Below, in pieces: positions 14,114-29,141 of a stretch of DNA of 64,000 nucleotides (positions are counted from its first letter, which is position 1; every line of letters begins with the position of its first letter). Below the pieces are notes generated by a model. It did not search any database, was not told where the DNA came from, and saw only the letters and a list, made by a program, of their open reading frames with translations. This stretch comes from Eledone cirrhosa. Lineage: Eukaryota. The position numbers were made by a program, and so were the translations under genes. Location of the stretch: assembly GCA_964016885.1 (NCBI GenBank), contig OZ024747.1:8432001-8496000 (forward strand), given 5' to 3'.

Positions 14114-14569
14114 GAGCAGGAGGAATATACATGTGTGAAAATATGTTATTGTATATGTGTGCTATTTGTAAAGATATAGTTTCAAGGTGTGTGCGTGTGT
14201 GTGCATGTGTGTGTGTATGCGTGTGTGTGGCAATATGTATGCCTGTATCACTCCCCCCTCCCCTCTTCCTTTATAGAACCACATCTATATCCTGATATAT
14301 TATTATTCAACAGAAATATTCAGTGGAAAAGTCTATTATTTTAATGGGAGGCAGACATCAATCTAATAATAGCCCAGCTATAGATTTACTCCGACCGATT
14401 CCATTGATGAAATGGAGAAAATAAACAAAAATACCAATAATCTCACTTCATCTTATAAATACAACAACAACAGCAACAACAACAAACATTTAACCCTCCA
14501 GTAGCCATACTAATAATTTTCCTATGATTTTCAACTAATTTTTTAAATAATCAAGAATTTGAAGGGATT

Positions 14570-15112
14570 CATCATCATCATTATCATCATCATCATCATC
14601 GTTTAACGTCAATCTTCCACGCTAGCATGGGTTTGGACGGGAGTTTTCCCAGTTGAGGCAAGAGTGGTTGTCTTGCTCGCATAGGACTGTCTGGCAGGTT
14701 TTCTACGGGTGGGTGCCGGGTGGGTGCCCTTCCCAACACCAACCACGTTTACAGTGTGGGGCTGGGAGGTTTTTACCGTGTTACCTACACGGCCACATTA
14801 CAGCGTGGACTGTGTATTATTTTTGTTGTGACACCTACACGACCTCATTTGTTTCGGACTGGATGTTGTGGTACCAACATAACTTTACATTGAAAGGGTG
14901 GTGTGGATGGGGTAGGGGTAGTGGGACAGGGGTGTATTTTGTTAGAGGTATCTACTGACTGTAGTAGGTTTCACTTTGTACTTAGGTAAGGCGGGTCTTC
15001 TGTATTACTGTGTATCGCCAAAGATCTCGGTCCAGTGACATTGTCTTAGAGAGGTGTAAGTGTGTGAGGTTGGAATTTATCAAGTCGTCCCAGGTTTTTC
15101 TGGGTCTGCCTA
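14570..15112 (-). mobile_element. RTE 3' end (same subfamily as 46.8-49.0 kb copy)
   Basis: [33 protein letters not shown] nearly identical to the end of the 48585 ORF, plus 3' UTR and tail. Confidence 0.9.
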
Positions 15113-15719
15113 CTTGAGTAATGTAACTTACATTCTCTGTTAATTTAATTTTGTATTTGGAACATAACTTAACAAAGGTGTCTTTCTTTTTTTTTCTTTT
15201 TTTTTGTTCAACTTTTCCCTTCCTGTCAAATTGCTGGCCTTGTGCCAAAACTAGAAACAATATATTGTAAAGATTAGCTGTAACACATTGTATAACCTCT
15301 GATAGAGTTGTAGACAGGGTGTTTTTTGTGGTGGTACTAGCATGACCATCTTACAAGGTGGAGGGGAGCTTTTACTCATGGTATCCACACTACTATTTTA
15401 CAGAGTGAACTGGTTGCTTTTTGTCGAGGCATGAGTATGTCCACTTTACAGGGTGGAGTGGGTGCTTTTGCCATGGCACCAGCACTACCACCTTACTGGG
15501 TAGACTGGCTGCTTTTTATCATAGCACTAGCATGACCACCTTAAAGGATGGATAGGGTACTTTTTATCATGGCATGAGCACTACTGCTTTACAAGGTGGA
15601 CTGAGTGTTTTATCATGTCACCAGTGTAACCTTATTAGGATATTTGGATGCTTGTTGTGTCTTTGGTTCTTTGAGACAATTATGAGAGCAAGATGAGAGA
15701 GAGTCAGCATCAGGCAACA

Positions 15720-16580
15720 TTTTGCTTTCTAAGATTGGAGGGCTTGTTCAACCCACAGTGGGAAAGCAATTAACATGTCATGGCATTCCATTACCTTAAT
15801 GCCTCTATAGTTTTCCCTGTCTAGTGCATTTTCCTTGCCCTTGTAGCAGTTGATAATGATACTGCTACACCAGTCATTGGGTACAACATCATTCTGTATT
15901 ACTTGGTTTACATCCTAGATGCTTTCAGAACCTCGGCAACTATCTCTGATGACCCAACTACTTTGACTGTCTTTATATCCTTAAATACCTTACTTACCAA
16001 ACTGCTGCTAACTTGAATGCCTTGTTCCTCTGTTCAGTCTATTTTGGACAGAGTATCTTCCTCCAATGCATTCTCCTCATTCAACAATCTCTCATAATGC
16101 CTCTTTCATATTTCTTTCTTTTCACCATTGGTGAGGGTAAGCACACTTCTATCATTTTAGATACACATCTGCTCAACGACATCTTGATTTTTCCCTAACA
16201 AATTGCCTTGCAATCCTGAACACCTCACATCTTTTGGTCATCATGTCATGAATCATGCAAAAACTTCTTATTTTCCACTTCCCTCCTTGCAGACTGTACC
16301 TGTCATTTAACTTATTGGTAGTGTTCTCTGCTTCCTCCATTCTGCCAGTCTTTCCATGCCTGTTTCCTAGCTTTAATTGTCTCATCTACCCTACTCTACT
16401 ATGACCAAATCGTCCTCATTGTCCTTGTAGCCTTGCTCCAACTATTTATTTTGTATGTGGCCTTCAGCAGATTATCTCTCAAGAACTCCCACTGTTCCTC
16501 TACATTGTAAGTCTCTATCTCCTCTTCCTTGCTGTCAAAAGCACCAAGTAGGAAGGCCCTAAATTTGTTACTGACGGGGT
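15720..16580 (-). mobile_element. Old RTE LINE fragment (linker and RT N-terminus)
   Basis: Degenerate matches to [13 protein letters not shown] and IINCYKGK seen in the intact copy. Confidence 0.7.
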
Positions 16581-17904
16581 TCAGTGTATGACATAGGCAT
16601 GTATCAAGGGTGGAAGGATTTGACTGCTGTTTTAGTAAATCAACCATAAATTAATGCCATATATTTCCTCAAGCTACATCTCTGTATTCACACATCCACT
16701 CTCTCTCTCTTTCATGTTTACTGGTTCAATATACACAGTTTATTTCGCCCAACTCTCCATATCTTAACATCTCCACACAGATATCACATAGTGTATAAAC
16801 TTATTATAGTTTATTTCACTAACACAAACACTTTGTAATTTATCATATAGCTGAATCGACTGTCAACACAAATCATCTGAAGATTTGGATGTCATTTCAA
16901 ACCTCAGATTGATGAATAAATAATTTTATTTGGATTCAACAGATGCTTTCCTTTTTCACTTCATTTTTCATCTGTGGGGCTGCCATGAGATAGAGGGGGT
17001 ATAGAGCTGCCATGGGAGGGGGATTACCGGAAGTTGGGGACGCCTGACCGGAAGCAGGATGGGGGCAACTCAAGGCATCGGGCCTTGAACAGCCCTCTCT
17101 TTTTGGTAAATATCATCTTGGTTAAGAGAGTGGGACTGGCTTTGTGCAGTGCCTTTGCTCACTATAAAGTTTCACGGCACAGGCGTTGCTTTATATCTGG
17201 AGATCTAAGAGAGGTCCGTGACGGACGTGTGAAGACAGACGCTAGTGGAAAGTACCCCATGTGGACGGTGGAACCAGCAATAGAGAGACACAAGGTAAGT
17301 CCAAATGCCTCCAGCCACATCATCAATATCAAATTGTTTCACATACTTACTCTGTGGCCTTTCAGACTATTCCTTCACAGTCACTGCACAAGGGACCTTG
17401 TCTGTGGCAGATACTGTAGTTGTCAGTGCTGTCACAACTAAATCATGACACTCAGGTTAGTAAATCATCCAGACATAAAGATGATATCTTTTCTTAAACC
17501 ACATCCCTGATATTCCTGCATTCACTCTCTCTTCCATTTCTTCATCTAATATGAACACATGATCTGCACACACATTCAGTCTATCTTACAAATTCCACCA
17601 CATCTAAACTCATCACAACTCTTTCACCTTCATACAAATTCTTTGCTGTTTTAAACTTTTAACTATTCCTGTTGTGTTATTGTTTGCCACATGGATTCAT
17701 CACATTCCATGGCAGAAATAAAAACCTCTAAATTAGCGGTTTTGTTTTCTTGTTTGTCTGTCTCAATGCTTCGGGGAAAATTGTTTTTTCCACTTCAATC
17801 TCATTTAAATATACCTACATCAACACAGCCAGCCATTTGACTAACACAACATCACACTCAACCAAGTATCTTTGCTAAACATATATATGTATGTATATAT
17901 GTAT

Positions 17905-18511
17905 GTCAGGTCACCAGTTGGTGCTACTGGTAACATGTATCCCAGTACAACCTGTCTCATGGTCGGGTCGTTGGCGACTAAACTGGCACCCCACCAAGGT
18001 TTCTTGGTGAGGAGGGTGACTTTGGACATCCTGCAGGACTAAAAACAAAACTTCTCAAAGGTCAAAGGAGCTCTTAAGAGTCAATGGCCATCCAAAATCA
18101 CTGGGAGAGATGACCCCTTAGCCTTTGTCAAGGCAGAATTCTAGGAGAAGGAAAACTCTGATATAACACCTGCAACCCTGATGGTATCCAATGATGTTGA
18201 CTTGTTCTTCTTTTTGGTAAATATCATCTTCGTTAAGAGAGTGGGACTGGCTTTGTGCAGTGCCTTTGCTCACTATAAAAGCTTCACGGCACAGGCATTG
18301 CTTTATATCTGGATATCTCTCTGCACTTGTCATCACATGGTACCATGGGCCCAGCACTATGTGTCAATAATTGTCACAAGTGTAGTGTTTGTACCAGAGT
18401 TTTCAAGTCGCTGGCTGGACTAAAAAGTCACATTCGTTCAGCGCATCGGTAGGGGTTCTCCTACATGGATATAAAGTAGTGGCGGTACTCGAAAATGAGT
18501 TGGCAGCCACC

Positions 18512-18512
<1 letters not shown>
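17905..18512 (+). mobile_element. Short RTE-derived non-autonomous element (5'-UTR-like part joined to a C-terminal zinc-finger/3' end)
   Basis: aggagaaggaaaactctga (RTE 5'-UTR-like); 3' part encodes [23 protein letters not shown]; ends in (AT)n; near-identical copies at 42426-42750 and 17098-17206. Confidence 0.6.
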
Positions 18513-19175
<663 letters not shown>

Positions 19176-19467
19176 TACATATACATACATAGATATCAAA
19201 AGTGTGAGAGCAAAATTTCAATTTAAAAGATTTCCATTCATATACTCACATGATATTATATATACATGTCATGAATACAAGCAGCCAAAACAGGGTTCCC
19301 CTGAAGGGTCTTTGGAGTAACATTACTCAATAGAGTGCATAGCTCAGAGAGTCATGCCAGGTGGAGCCACTACTTCTCTGAGTTGAAAGATTATAGCTCT
19401 AATATTACAAACAAGAGGGTAGAAAATGTCAGGAAAGACACGCTCAGATTTTACAGGCATACACACA

Positions 19468-20707
19468 CACTATACTTAGCTTTTGTTGACTTAGAGAAGG
19501 CCTTTGATAGGGTACCCCGATATGTCATCTGGTGGTCCCTAAGGAAACTAGGTGTTGAGGAATGGCTTGTGAGGACAGTGCAAACTTTGTACAGAGGTAC
19601 TGTCAGTAAAGTCAGTGTAGGAATGGAGTTTAGTGAGGAATTCCAGATACAAGTAGGAGTACATCAAGGCTCGGTCCTCAGCCCGCTCTTGTTCATTATA
19701 GTCCTCCAAGCCATAACAGAGGAGTTTAAGACTGGCTGTCCATGGGAACTTCTCTATGTTGACGATCTGGTTCTTTTAGCAGAATCAGTAGAGGAACTAT
19801 AGAAAATAAATGCTGGCTATGGAAACAACAGTTGGAAGCAAGAGGACTGAGAGTGAACCTAGCTAAGGCAAAAGTGTTGATGAGTAGAAAAGAGGACAAA
19901 ACTCTAATTCCATCAGGGAAATGGCCATGTTCGATATGCAGAAAAGGAACTGGCATAAATTCTATAAAATGCACACAATGCAGATCCTGGGTACACAAGA
20001 TATGTAGCGGGATAGCAGGCAAACTAACAGATAGGGAGAAATATGTATGCAGTAGATATACAGGGAAATTAGACAGTAGAAGTCGCATTGATAGACACAT
20101 TTTTCAAATGCAGGCGGGTGCTATAGAAGTGGTGGATAGCTTCCGGTACCTAGGAGATCAGATTAGCATGGGAGAGGGGTGTTCCGAGGCCATAGTACCT
20201 AGAATAAGGACGGGTTGGAAGAAGTTTAGGGAGCTGTGTACGAAAGGCCAGTTATATGATGCCTGTGTGAGGAGCGCGATGTTGCATGGTAGTGAGACAT
20301 GGGCAGCAACTGCAGAGGATATGCGACAGGTGGAGAGAAATGAGAAATGCTCTGTTGGATGTGCAGTGTCAATGTGCTTGAACGACCCAGCATGAATGTG
20401 TTGAGAGAGAAACTGTGTCTGAGAGGGATAGAATGTAGTGTACGGGAGAGGAGACTGAGGTGGTATGGACATGTGATGCGCATGGAGGATGACCAATGGG
20501 TGAAGAAGTGCCAGGAAATGCCAGTTGAAGGAAGACGTGGTAGAGATAGACCACAAAAAACATGGGCGGAGGTGGTGAGAACAGACTTCAGATCGCTGAA
20601 GCTCACGGTAGAGATGACAAAGGACCGTGACAAGTGGAGAGATGCTGTGCTGAATAAGACCCGTCCCACCCTTGCAAGCAGGGAAGATCGAACGTAAAAT
20701 GATGATA
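19468..20707 (+). mobile_element. RTE LINE RT fragment, decayed (stops/frameshifts)
   Basis: [30 protein letters not shown], Cys-rich insert, [13 protein letters not shown], short (GAT)n tail. Confidence 0.92.
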
Positions 20708-21478
20708 TATATGTAATGTACACATATATATTTAACTTAAAATATGTTTCTTATATAAAATTATGTTGGAAGATTTTATTTTAAACAGGAACCCTTTAAA
20801 ATGTGTGATTTTGTTTCATAGAAGCAGTGCTAGTTTTGGCCAGGTTGGTATCAAAAGGGTCAAAGAAGGTTCATTCTTTTTTCTTCTGATCAATCCGGTT
20901 GATATAAATATCTTCTCACCTCACCTCTTGCATAGTTATTTGACATATTTAATGATGAGGCAATGAGTAACACTCTTGTTCAATATACTAGAAATAGCAG
21001 CCAAATCTCCCTCATATCATACCCTACCATCTTAAAATGAAATACACATTGGATAATGTGGTCTTGTGTTTACTGTATATAGGTGATGGTTGTTGTTGTT
21101 GTAGTTATTCAGTACTGATTGAGCAGCAGACTCATAATTAAATATATGCTAACCATGATCCCCTAATTTTTAGGGAGAAATAAACGATTACATTAATTAA
21201 TGTGTCCTTTATTTATATAAGATGGTAGAATAGGATTTAATGAGATTTAGCTGTAATTTCTTGCAGATCAAATGATTCAACAGAGGCACTATTATTGACT
21301 AAAGTTCTTCCATGGGAGAGAACTCAGCACCATCATTATCCAATGTTTCTCTTTCTAAGATGATAGGATATGATTTAATGAAAATTTTACTGCTATTTTT
21401 TGCAGGATGAACAACCATATAGAAGCTCCCTTGTAGGCTCAGAGAATTTTGAGGGGATTTAATATAGTATATCAATAA

Positions 21479-21654
21479 CTGTTTCTACTTTTGGCACAAG
21501 GCCAGCAATTACCCAGTGCATTACTGGTACTTTATTTTATCGACCCCGTAAGGATGAAAGGCAAAGTCAACCTCGGCGGGATTTGAACTCAGATCGTAAA
21601 GGGACGTAACTATGCTGGAAAGCATGGCGTCCGACCCTCTACCGATACTGCCAA
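21479..21654 (-). mobile_element. tRNA-derived SINE with Meta-like central domain
   Basis: gttcaaatcccgccgagg...gcctttcatccttacggggtcgataaa; nearly identical to 56820-56996. Confidence 0.8.
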
Positions 21655-21739
21655 TATATCAATAACACCAAGCAGATAGTCATATGTAGGTAATTCCTCA
21701 GTAAGTAAATGGAACTCCAGCAGTTTTACTATAAGTATT

Positions 21740-21986
21740 TCAGCCCTTTGATGGAAAGACCTGTCTAATTTTCAAATAATTTTGAAATAATCAAGAATTT
21801 GAAGGGATTTGATGTAACATAACTAACTTTCATGTTATTAAGCTGATGTTTGGAACATAACTTAACAAAGGTACTTGCATAAAATTATGATGGAAGGTTT
21901 TTTAGATAATATGAACACTTTAAAATAAAGAGCTTTGTAACAAAGAATGAGAGGTGGAATTAGTTGATTTGGTATCAAAAAGATTA
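21740..21986 (+). mobile_element. Second, older probable TTAA MITE family
   Basis: aataatcaagaatttgaagggatt...ttggtatcaaaag; related copies near 14490-14570/15120-15180, 20710-20862, 32700-32870, 60530-60806. Confidence 0.5.
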
Positions 21987-22506
21987 AATTAAAGAGTAAA
22001 TGACTGAGCATTCCACAGATGTGAATACGTTTAAATTAACTCACAAAGAGATTCTGTGTGACACAGAGTGTGATAAGGTTTGTCCCTTGAATTACAAGTA
22101 CAGTCTATCTGAGGTGCTTTATTCAGGGCTGAGAGTAACCCCAGGCCACTGAAAAGACTCCGAATTGTGGGATCAAACCTGGAACTTCATGATTGTGAAG
22201 AAAACTTCTTAGCCATTGAGCCATGTTATGTCAATAAATTTGATACCAATTCCACAAGAAACATTGAAAGAAATATAATCTTTTGCTCAGCTATATGATA
22301 GTCATAGTTGTAGAGTTGATGGCAGGGGTGACACTGTTGATATCTCACTGCTACCATAACTACAAACATTATTTATTCAAATCCCGCCGAGGTTGACTTT
22401 GCCTTTCATCCTTACGGGGTCGATAAAATAAAGTACCAGTAATGAACTGGGTAATTGCTGGCCTTGTGCCTAAAGTAGAAACAATTATTTTTCCAAACTC
22501 AAGCAT

Positions 22507-22735
22507 TTAACCCTTTAGCATTTACATTACTCTATATATACTATTGTATTTTCACAGTAAAGGCTTTACCTCACATAATTATCTCACATATTGTCGAATC
22601 TATGAGATTTTGATATTATCTATTTTGAGAACAATACCTTAACATCAGTATGAGTGACCAGTTATGGTCAGATTGAGCAAAAAGAGGTGAGAGAATTCTG
22701 GAAAGATATAGTTGGTTTAAATGTTAAAGGGTTAA
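22507..22735 (-). mobile_element. piggyBac-type MITE
   Basis: Same TIRs, TTAA ends and internal sequence, reverse orientation. Confidence 0.85.
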
Positions 22736-23036
22736 ATATAAGTTAGAAATCAGAGGCAACGGAGAGGAGGTCCAGCTAGATCCTGTCAACAAAATCTCCA
22801 TATGGTTTAAATACTCACATTTTTGATATGCAAATGGCTAAATGTTAGCAGAAGGACACCGAGGAGTGTTGACCTGGATGAGGCCCGGCCCCTTTAGAAT
22901 GTAAGAGGTTAAGGGCTGAAACACTTGCTTGAGTGGGGTGGGTTCTTCTCTGAAGACTTTCTACTGTCCAGCTCTTCTGAAAGTCTTTTAGCACTACCAT
23001 AATGTGTCTACCTGTTGAATAACTTCCTCTAGATAC

Positions 23037-23265
23037 TTAACCGTTTAGCTTTTAAACTGGCCGTATTCGGCCAGAATTCTCTCACCTCTTTCTGTTCAAA
23101 CTGGCTGTAACTGACCTCTCATACCGACATTAAGGTATTGTTCTCAAAATAAATAATATCAAAAACTCATAGATTCGATATTATCTGCGATAATTATGTG
23201 AGGTAAAGCCTTTTCTGTGAAAATACAATAGTATATATAGAGTAATGTGAATGCTAAAGAGTTAA
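23037..23265 (+). mobile_element. piggyBac-type MITE
   Basis: Same family; TTAA at both ends. Confidence 0.85.
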
Positions 23266-23525
23266 TGGCAAATTGTACTCAATGTCAACCTTCACTTGAC
23301 TCAACAATCATACACAATTCTGTCAGAATTATATTAAGTATTCTGCTATGATGTGATATATTGTTATCCCAGCATGATGAAAATAAAAATGTTATACAGT
23401 GACACATGCTACAATATCAAATATGAGGGTTTGTGTTTTAATACAATGTTTGATGTGATGAAATGTAATTTTAGACAGTGTGATAAAATGCAATATAATT
23501 TCAATATTAGTATATTCAATTTATG

Positions 23526-23591
<66 letters not shown>

Positions 23592-23595
<4 letters not shown>

Positions 23596-25300
23596 TAAAA
23601 GAGAAAACACAGGTAAGCATTAAGAGAAGGATTTTAGCCAGGTATTTACGACCGTTTCATTGCTATACTGCAAATAGCAGCCACTCAATTATAATTGTTG
23701 TTCACAGTCCAAATTTTCAAAATAGTGAGTTACTCTTGAAGTAATTCTTAACATATAGAGAAAAACATTTATTTGGAATTGTATTTACTAGTATAGAGAG
23801 AGAGAGAGGAATCAGAAGGTGAGGGGACAAACGGAATAGCACCTTCTTTAGAATAATAAATAAGCACTTTCCAGATTCACATAGATACAGCAAAATCCTT
23901 AACACTAAATCTATTAGACTATCTTACTCCACGGCACCAAACATAGAGGCACACATTAAGATGCTTAACGCTAAAAAGATACATAACAACACCAAAACAC
24001 AAATTTACAACAATAACAATACAATCACCACCGAACACAACAGAATATCTAATACACAATCACCCGCTAATAGGCAAACAAAACGTAACACACTTGTTCA
24101 GGCATCGCAGCCCACCAATAATGCCAAAGTTGCCCATGACAAGAATTGTAACTGCCACCTACCTGAAACCTGTCCATTACAAAATGAATGTATGCAGTCT
24201 AACCTGGTTTACCAATGCACAGTGGAATCAGACAACCAGAAATGGTATTACATCGGAGCGACTGGGAATACTTTTAAAGCCCGTTGGTATACACACCGTT
24301 ACGCAATGAAACATTCCCAGCATCATTATGTAACTACCCTTGCAAACAAGACCTGGCAACTGAGGGAAAGTAACCATCAATACACCCTGAAGTGGAAAAA
24401 ATTATCAAACGCGCCTCCATATCGGAGTGGTATGAGAAGCTGTCGATTATGCGACCTTGAGCTGTTCCACATCTTGAGTTCAAAGAATAAGTTACTCAAC
24501 AATAAAATCGAAAGATCAATTTATTGTAATCATAGACTCAAAGAGAAGTTTTTGCACTACAAATCCAACCCTTAACCTCTTACTACCAACTGACAAACTG
24601 CATATACTTAGACTTTATACCCTCTTGTTGTATCTAAACCCTTTTAATTACCTACAAAACCAATACATATATCCCCCTCTTCTCCCTCATTCCTCTTCTA
24701 TTTCTTTGTTTTCTTCCTTCCTTCCCTCCCCTTCTTGGCTATCTTTTCTTTTCTTCTTTCTCACCCCTTTCTTTGCTTTTATTTTTGTCATTATTATCTT
24801 TATCTTTATTTTATATATATATATATATATTATATTTATCTCTTTATATCTCCCCCCTCTCTCTCTCTATCCATCCCTCCCACTATGATCAATTTAATTC
24901 TCTTTAACTCACTACATTCCATGACATGAAGTCTGCTATCAAAACTGACCAAGGAATCCTTCCACCTCTACCCCTCCCTCCATCTCAGTTTGTCACTACT
25001 TCCTACCTCTTCCCCCTTCCTCTCACTCTATATTATTCCGTTTGTCCCCTCACCTTCTGATTCCTCTCTCTCTCTCTATACTAGTAAATACAATTCCAAA
25101 TAAATGTTTTTCTCTATATATTAAGAATTATTCCAAGAGTAACTCACTATTTTGAAAATTTGGACTGTGAACAACAATTATAATTGAGTGGCTGCTATTT
25201 GCAGTATAGCAATATAAGGTTGCACTTACCAATGAAACGGTCGTAAATACCTGGATAAAATCCTTCTCTTAATGCTTACCTGTGTTTTCTCTTTTATACT
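23592..25300 (+). mobile_element. Penelope-like retroelement, 5'-truncated, with inverted pLTR
   Basis: GIY-YIG ORF inside; 23592-23838 is the reverse complement of 25036-25300 apart from a 20-bp indel; flanked by (TA)n. Confidence 0.85.
23838..24575 (+). CDS. PLE RT thumb end + GIY-YIG endonuclease (open frame)
   Basis: FFRIINKHFPDSHRYSKILN...RLSYS, CNC..CPL..C, NLVY...YYIGAT..TFKARWYTH, CRLC.LE. Confidence 0.85.
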   Translation, partial: STFFRIINKHFPDSHRYSKILNTKSIRLSYSTAPNIEAHIKMLNAKKIHNNTKTQIYNNNNTITTEHNRISNTQSPANRQTKRNTLVQASQPTNNAKVAHDKNCNCHLPETCPLQNECMQSNLVYQCTVESDNQKWYYIGATGNTFKARWYTHRYAMKHSQHHYVTTLANKTWQLRESNHQYTLKWKKLSNAPPYRSGMRSCRLCDLELFHILSSKNKLLNNKIERSIYCNHRLKEKFLHYKSNP

Positions 25301-25783
25301 TTATACTCCAAGATTGAACGGAATTCTTACAAACTTGTGGAGTTACCCCTAACCATACGTTGAAACCATCCATGAAACTGGCTTTCTTAACCAAAAACTG
25401 GATCACAATAAGCAATTTTTTGCTTCTCTAACTATATATATATATATACAATATATATACATACTATATATATATACATACATACAATATATATATATAT
25501 ATATATATATTGTATGTATGTATATATATATATTGTATGTATATATATATATATAGTATGTATATATATTGTATATATGTATATATATTGTATATATATA
25601 TATATATTGTATATATATATATATATTGTATGTATGTGTATATATATATAGTATGTGTATATATATTGTATATATATATATATATTGTATGTATGTGTAT
25701 ATATATATATAGTATGTATATATATATATATATATATATTGTATGTATATATATTATGTATATATATATATATATATATATTG

Positions 25784-25825
<42 letters not shown>

Positions 25826-27385
25826 ATATATATAATTGGTATGTGATTATAACATAGTCAGTGGGAACATAACAGTGGGCAGTGGGACATTTAAAATATA
25901 GTCACCACAAAGCAGATAACAATAATACTAGTTGAATAAGTCAGATAAAGTGCTCTTGGAGCAGAAAAAAGTGGACAGAATATGAACCACACATCTCTCA
26001 TATGCTAGGTAAGGTGTTTTTCTCCACCTTTCTTTTTCCATCTCAAGGGGTATTTTTCCTAACCTTTTCAACTATTATTTATAGTTATTTGCATTGTGGC
26101 AACTGTATATGTATATATGTATATATATATAAAGCAGGTAATAAGATATAACATGAGGTTATATAGAATATGGCAGTGAACTAGCTGATCTAACAGAACT
26201 AGGAGTTTACGGTGAAAAAATATCCACATAAAATAATTTGATTGCAGATTTATTGGTTTTTATGTTTATTTTATTTTAGCTTGTTATATTTTATACATTT
26301 AGTGTTTTTTTTTTCTTTGTATTTTTTTTTGTCTGTTGTGGGAGCTGTGGCATAATGGTTGGCAAACTCATCACTTTAATCTGAAGGATGAGTGTTCAAG
26401 TCCAGCCAATGCAACATTGCATTGACAAACTTGGAAAGGTTCAATACAGCATAGTTAACCTTACCAATTGCATTTTCCTCACACACATACCTAGATTGGT
26501 CATTCCTGCACCCTGTGAAGAGCTTCATGGTAATAGGTTTGTCACTTTTCTTGATTAAAGGTATCACAATGGGAACAATTTTGTTGTTTGTCCAAATGCT
26601 GCAATATATTGTTAAAAACAGCCTCCCAGCTGCTATGCTTCAACTCTCTTAAGATTTCTCTGCAGAAAAATCAATTTTTTTTTTTTTTTTTCAAATTATC
26701 TGCCTTCACCTGACCTCCAGTAAAATTTTGATGACCAAGTTGCTATGGAAATGGTCTTTGAAAATATTTAATCCATAACAGAAACAAAATTTGAATGTAA
26801 TTTCAAAAAAAAAAAAAAAATAGTTGAACCAACTGTGAGGTCAAAAGAAAGAAAAGAGATGCATGACTATTTATTATTGGTCATTCTCCAAATGTTGCTG
26901 CTGGAGTAGACCAACAATATCTAGCATGCATTCACCATCTTTCATTTAAGATGCCTTTCAAAATATATCATTGGGAACATGTCACAACTCTTTGACTTTT
27001 CTCCTCCATTTTGTTTTTTGTTTTTTTTTTTACAATAACTTTCCAAGAAATTTCTTTTTTGTGTTTTTCTGTAAAGTATTTGAGTGAATGTTTTAAAACA
27101 ATTTACTGCCCAGTTACATATAAACATTCTTTTTCCATAATTAGTTAAGAATTGGATTTAGAATAATGAAGGTTAAATAAAAAATATCTCTAAAACTAAA
27201 AAAATATACATAAAAATTTTGATATTTTTAAAACATACAAGCCTATCAAAATATCCAAATGATAAAATTAAATAATTAATAAGACACAGTAATTAGTAAA
27301 CTAATGAATAAATTATGATTATTATTAAGACAAGCAGAAGTAAAATATCCCAAAACTAATATATATATATAAAATGTATACATAC

Positions 27386-27425
<40 letters not shown>

Positions 27426-28930
27426 TTTTATATATATATATACATATATATATGTACTTTTATATATATATATATATATACACATATATATGTACTTTTA
27501 TATATATATATATATATATATACTTATATATATATGTATATATATAGAGAGAGAGAGAGAAATACATACATAACAATAAACAGGCTAAAAGAAAATCTAC
27601 TACAAAAACACAAAATGTAAAAAAAAATAATATAATATAATATAATGTAATAAAAGTAAAAATATAAAAGAGATTTTTTTTATGAAACTAAAATAAAAAA
27701 TACAAATAGAAAATTAAAAATATATAAAACAAATCTCTATGAAACAAAAAAAAAAAGACCTGTTGTTTTTTTTTTCCACCATGTAAACAGTTGGTTTATT
27801 TACAATGACTTCTTTACATTGAAATACAACAACCTGAATGAGTGTTCTGAGGGGCGTGGGGGGATGGGGGTGAAATGTGGGGTGGGGGTTGTTGGGATCT
27901 CTTTCTATGTGACATACACACACAAGCAACCGACATACCCCCACCCCCACTGCTCAAATTGCCTTTTTATGTTTGTTTTTGTTCTTTTAGTTAAGTTTTT
28001 TTAAGTTAATTTTTTTTTTTGTTGTAACCCTGAGGTAGGATTAAATGAAGTATTTAGATACTAGATACTTCTCTAAACCGAGCTTGTCTTTCTGTCTGTC
28101 TGTCTATCTGTCTACCAGTCTGTCAGTTTTTCAGTCTTTCTTTTTTTTATGTTTTAGTCTTTCTTTCTATCCCTTTTTTTTTTGTGTGTGTCCTTGTTGT
28201 CATGTCTTGTCTTGTCCTGGTCTTTTCTTTTCTTGGTTATCAAATCCAAAAGTTCCATAGTTGCTCTGAAAAAATATATTTAACCATAACTGTTCACCAA
28301 TTCAGAGACATGAGTGTTTGTTTGCAATGTCTTCTTGTCAAAGATAAAAACCAATTGTGAATGAATTTGATTGTCTGTTTTTTTTTTATTAATTTTTTTA
28401 TATTTTTATTTTTTTTTTATATTTTTTTTTATTTTTTTTGTTTTCTATTATTTTATCTTTTTTCCTTTTTCATTTATTTTTTTCTTATCATTTTTTTTCT
28501 TTTCTTTTTTTTTATTCTTCGAATTGGTTTCTTTGATTATGATGAAAATCCCCTTATATTTTTGCTGCTGTTTTGTTGTTATTTTTTTAAGGTTTTGTTG
28601 TTGTTTTTGTTGTTGTTGTTTTTGTTGTTGTTGTTGTTGTTGCTGTTGTTGTTCTTCTGAGAATAGAGAAAATCCTAGTTTACGTCCACATGTTGCTGTG
28701 TGAACATTATCTAGAATGACCACTGTCCTTTTATGGAAGAATTCAACGTCCAGTCATATTTATATCCTCAGAGCCAGTTTTATTTTGTTTTTATGAGGGT
28801 GGAGAGGAGGAGGAGAAGAAGGGTCTGATTTTCAATGTGTTATAATCATAATAATAATAATAATAATAATAGTAATAGTAATAATATTAGTAATAATAAT
28901 AATAGTAACAACATCAGACAATGAAACACT

Positions 28931-29139
28931 TCAACTCCTTGAATTGACTGGATCGCTGGCTGGCTTGCTGGCTGGCTGGCTGGTTGGCAGGCTGGCTGGT
29001 TGGTTGGTTGGTTGGTTGGTTGATTTGGTTGGTTGGTTAGTTAGTTGGTTGGCTGTAAGTAGTGGCTTCAATGTTGTTGGTAAGTTGGTTCCTTTCCCCA
29101 AAGAAGAGGATAATGTTTGTAGTGATGGGAATTGTGAGT
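28931..29139 (-). CDS. Candidate terminal exon, Ser/Thr/Pro/Gln-rich (SQFPSLQTLSSSLGKGTNLPTTLKP...PASDPVNSRS*)
   Basis: Strong acceptor ttgtttcttcatttcag; frame open for about 68 codons to TGA, partly over a tetranucleotide microsatellite. Confidence 0.3.
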
Positions 29140-29141
29140 CT

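Noticed and set aside
18376-18451. Host C2H2 zinc-finger gene
   Set aside because: Single finger inside a multi-copy LINE-derived repeat.
28846-28930. Poly-Leu GPI/TM tail encoded by (TTA)n after the 29139 exon
   Set aside because: Careful frame counting gives TGA at 28931-28933, before the tract.
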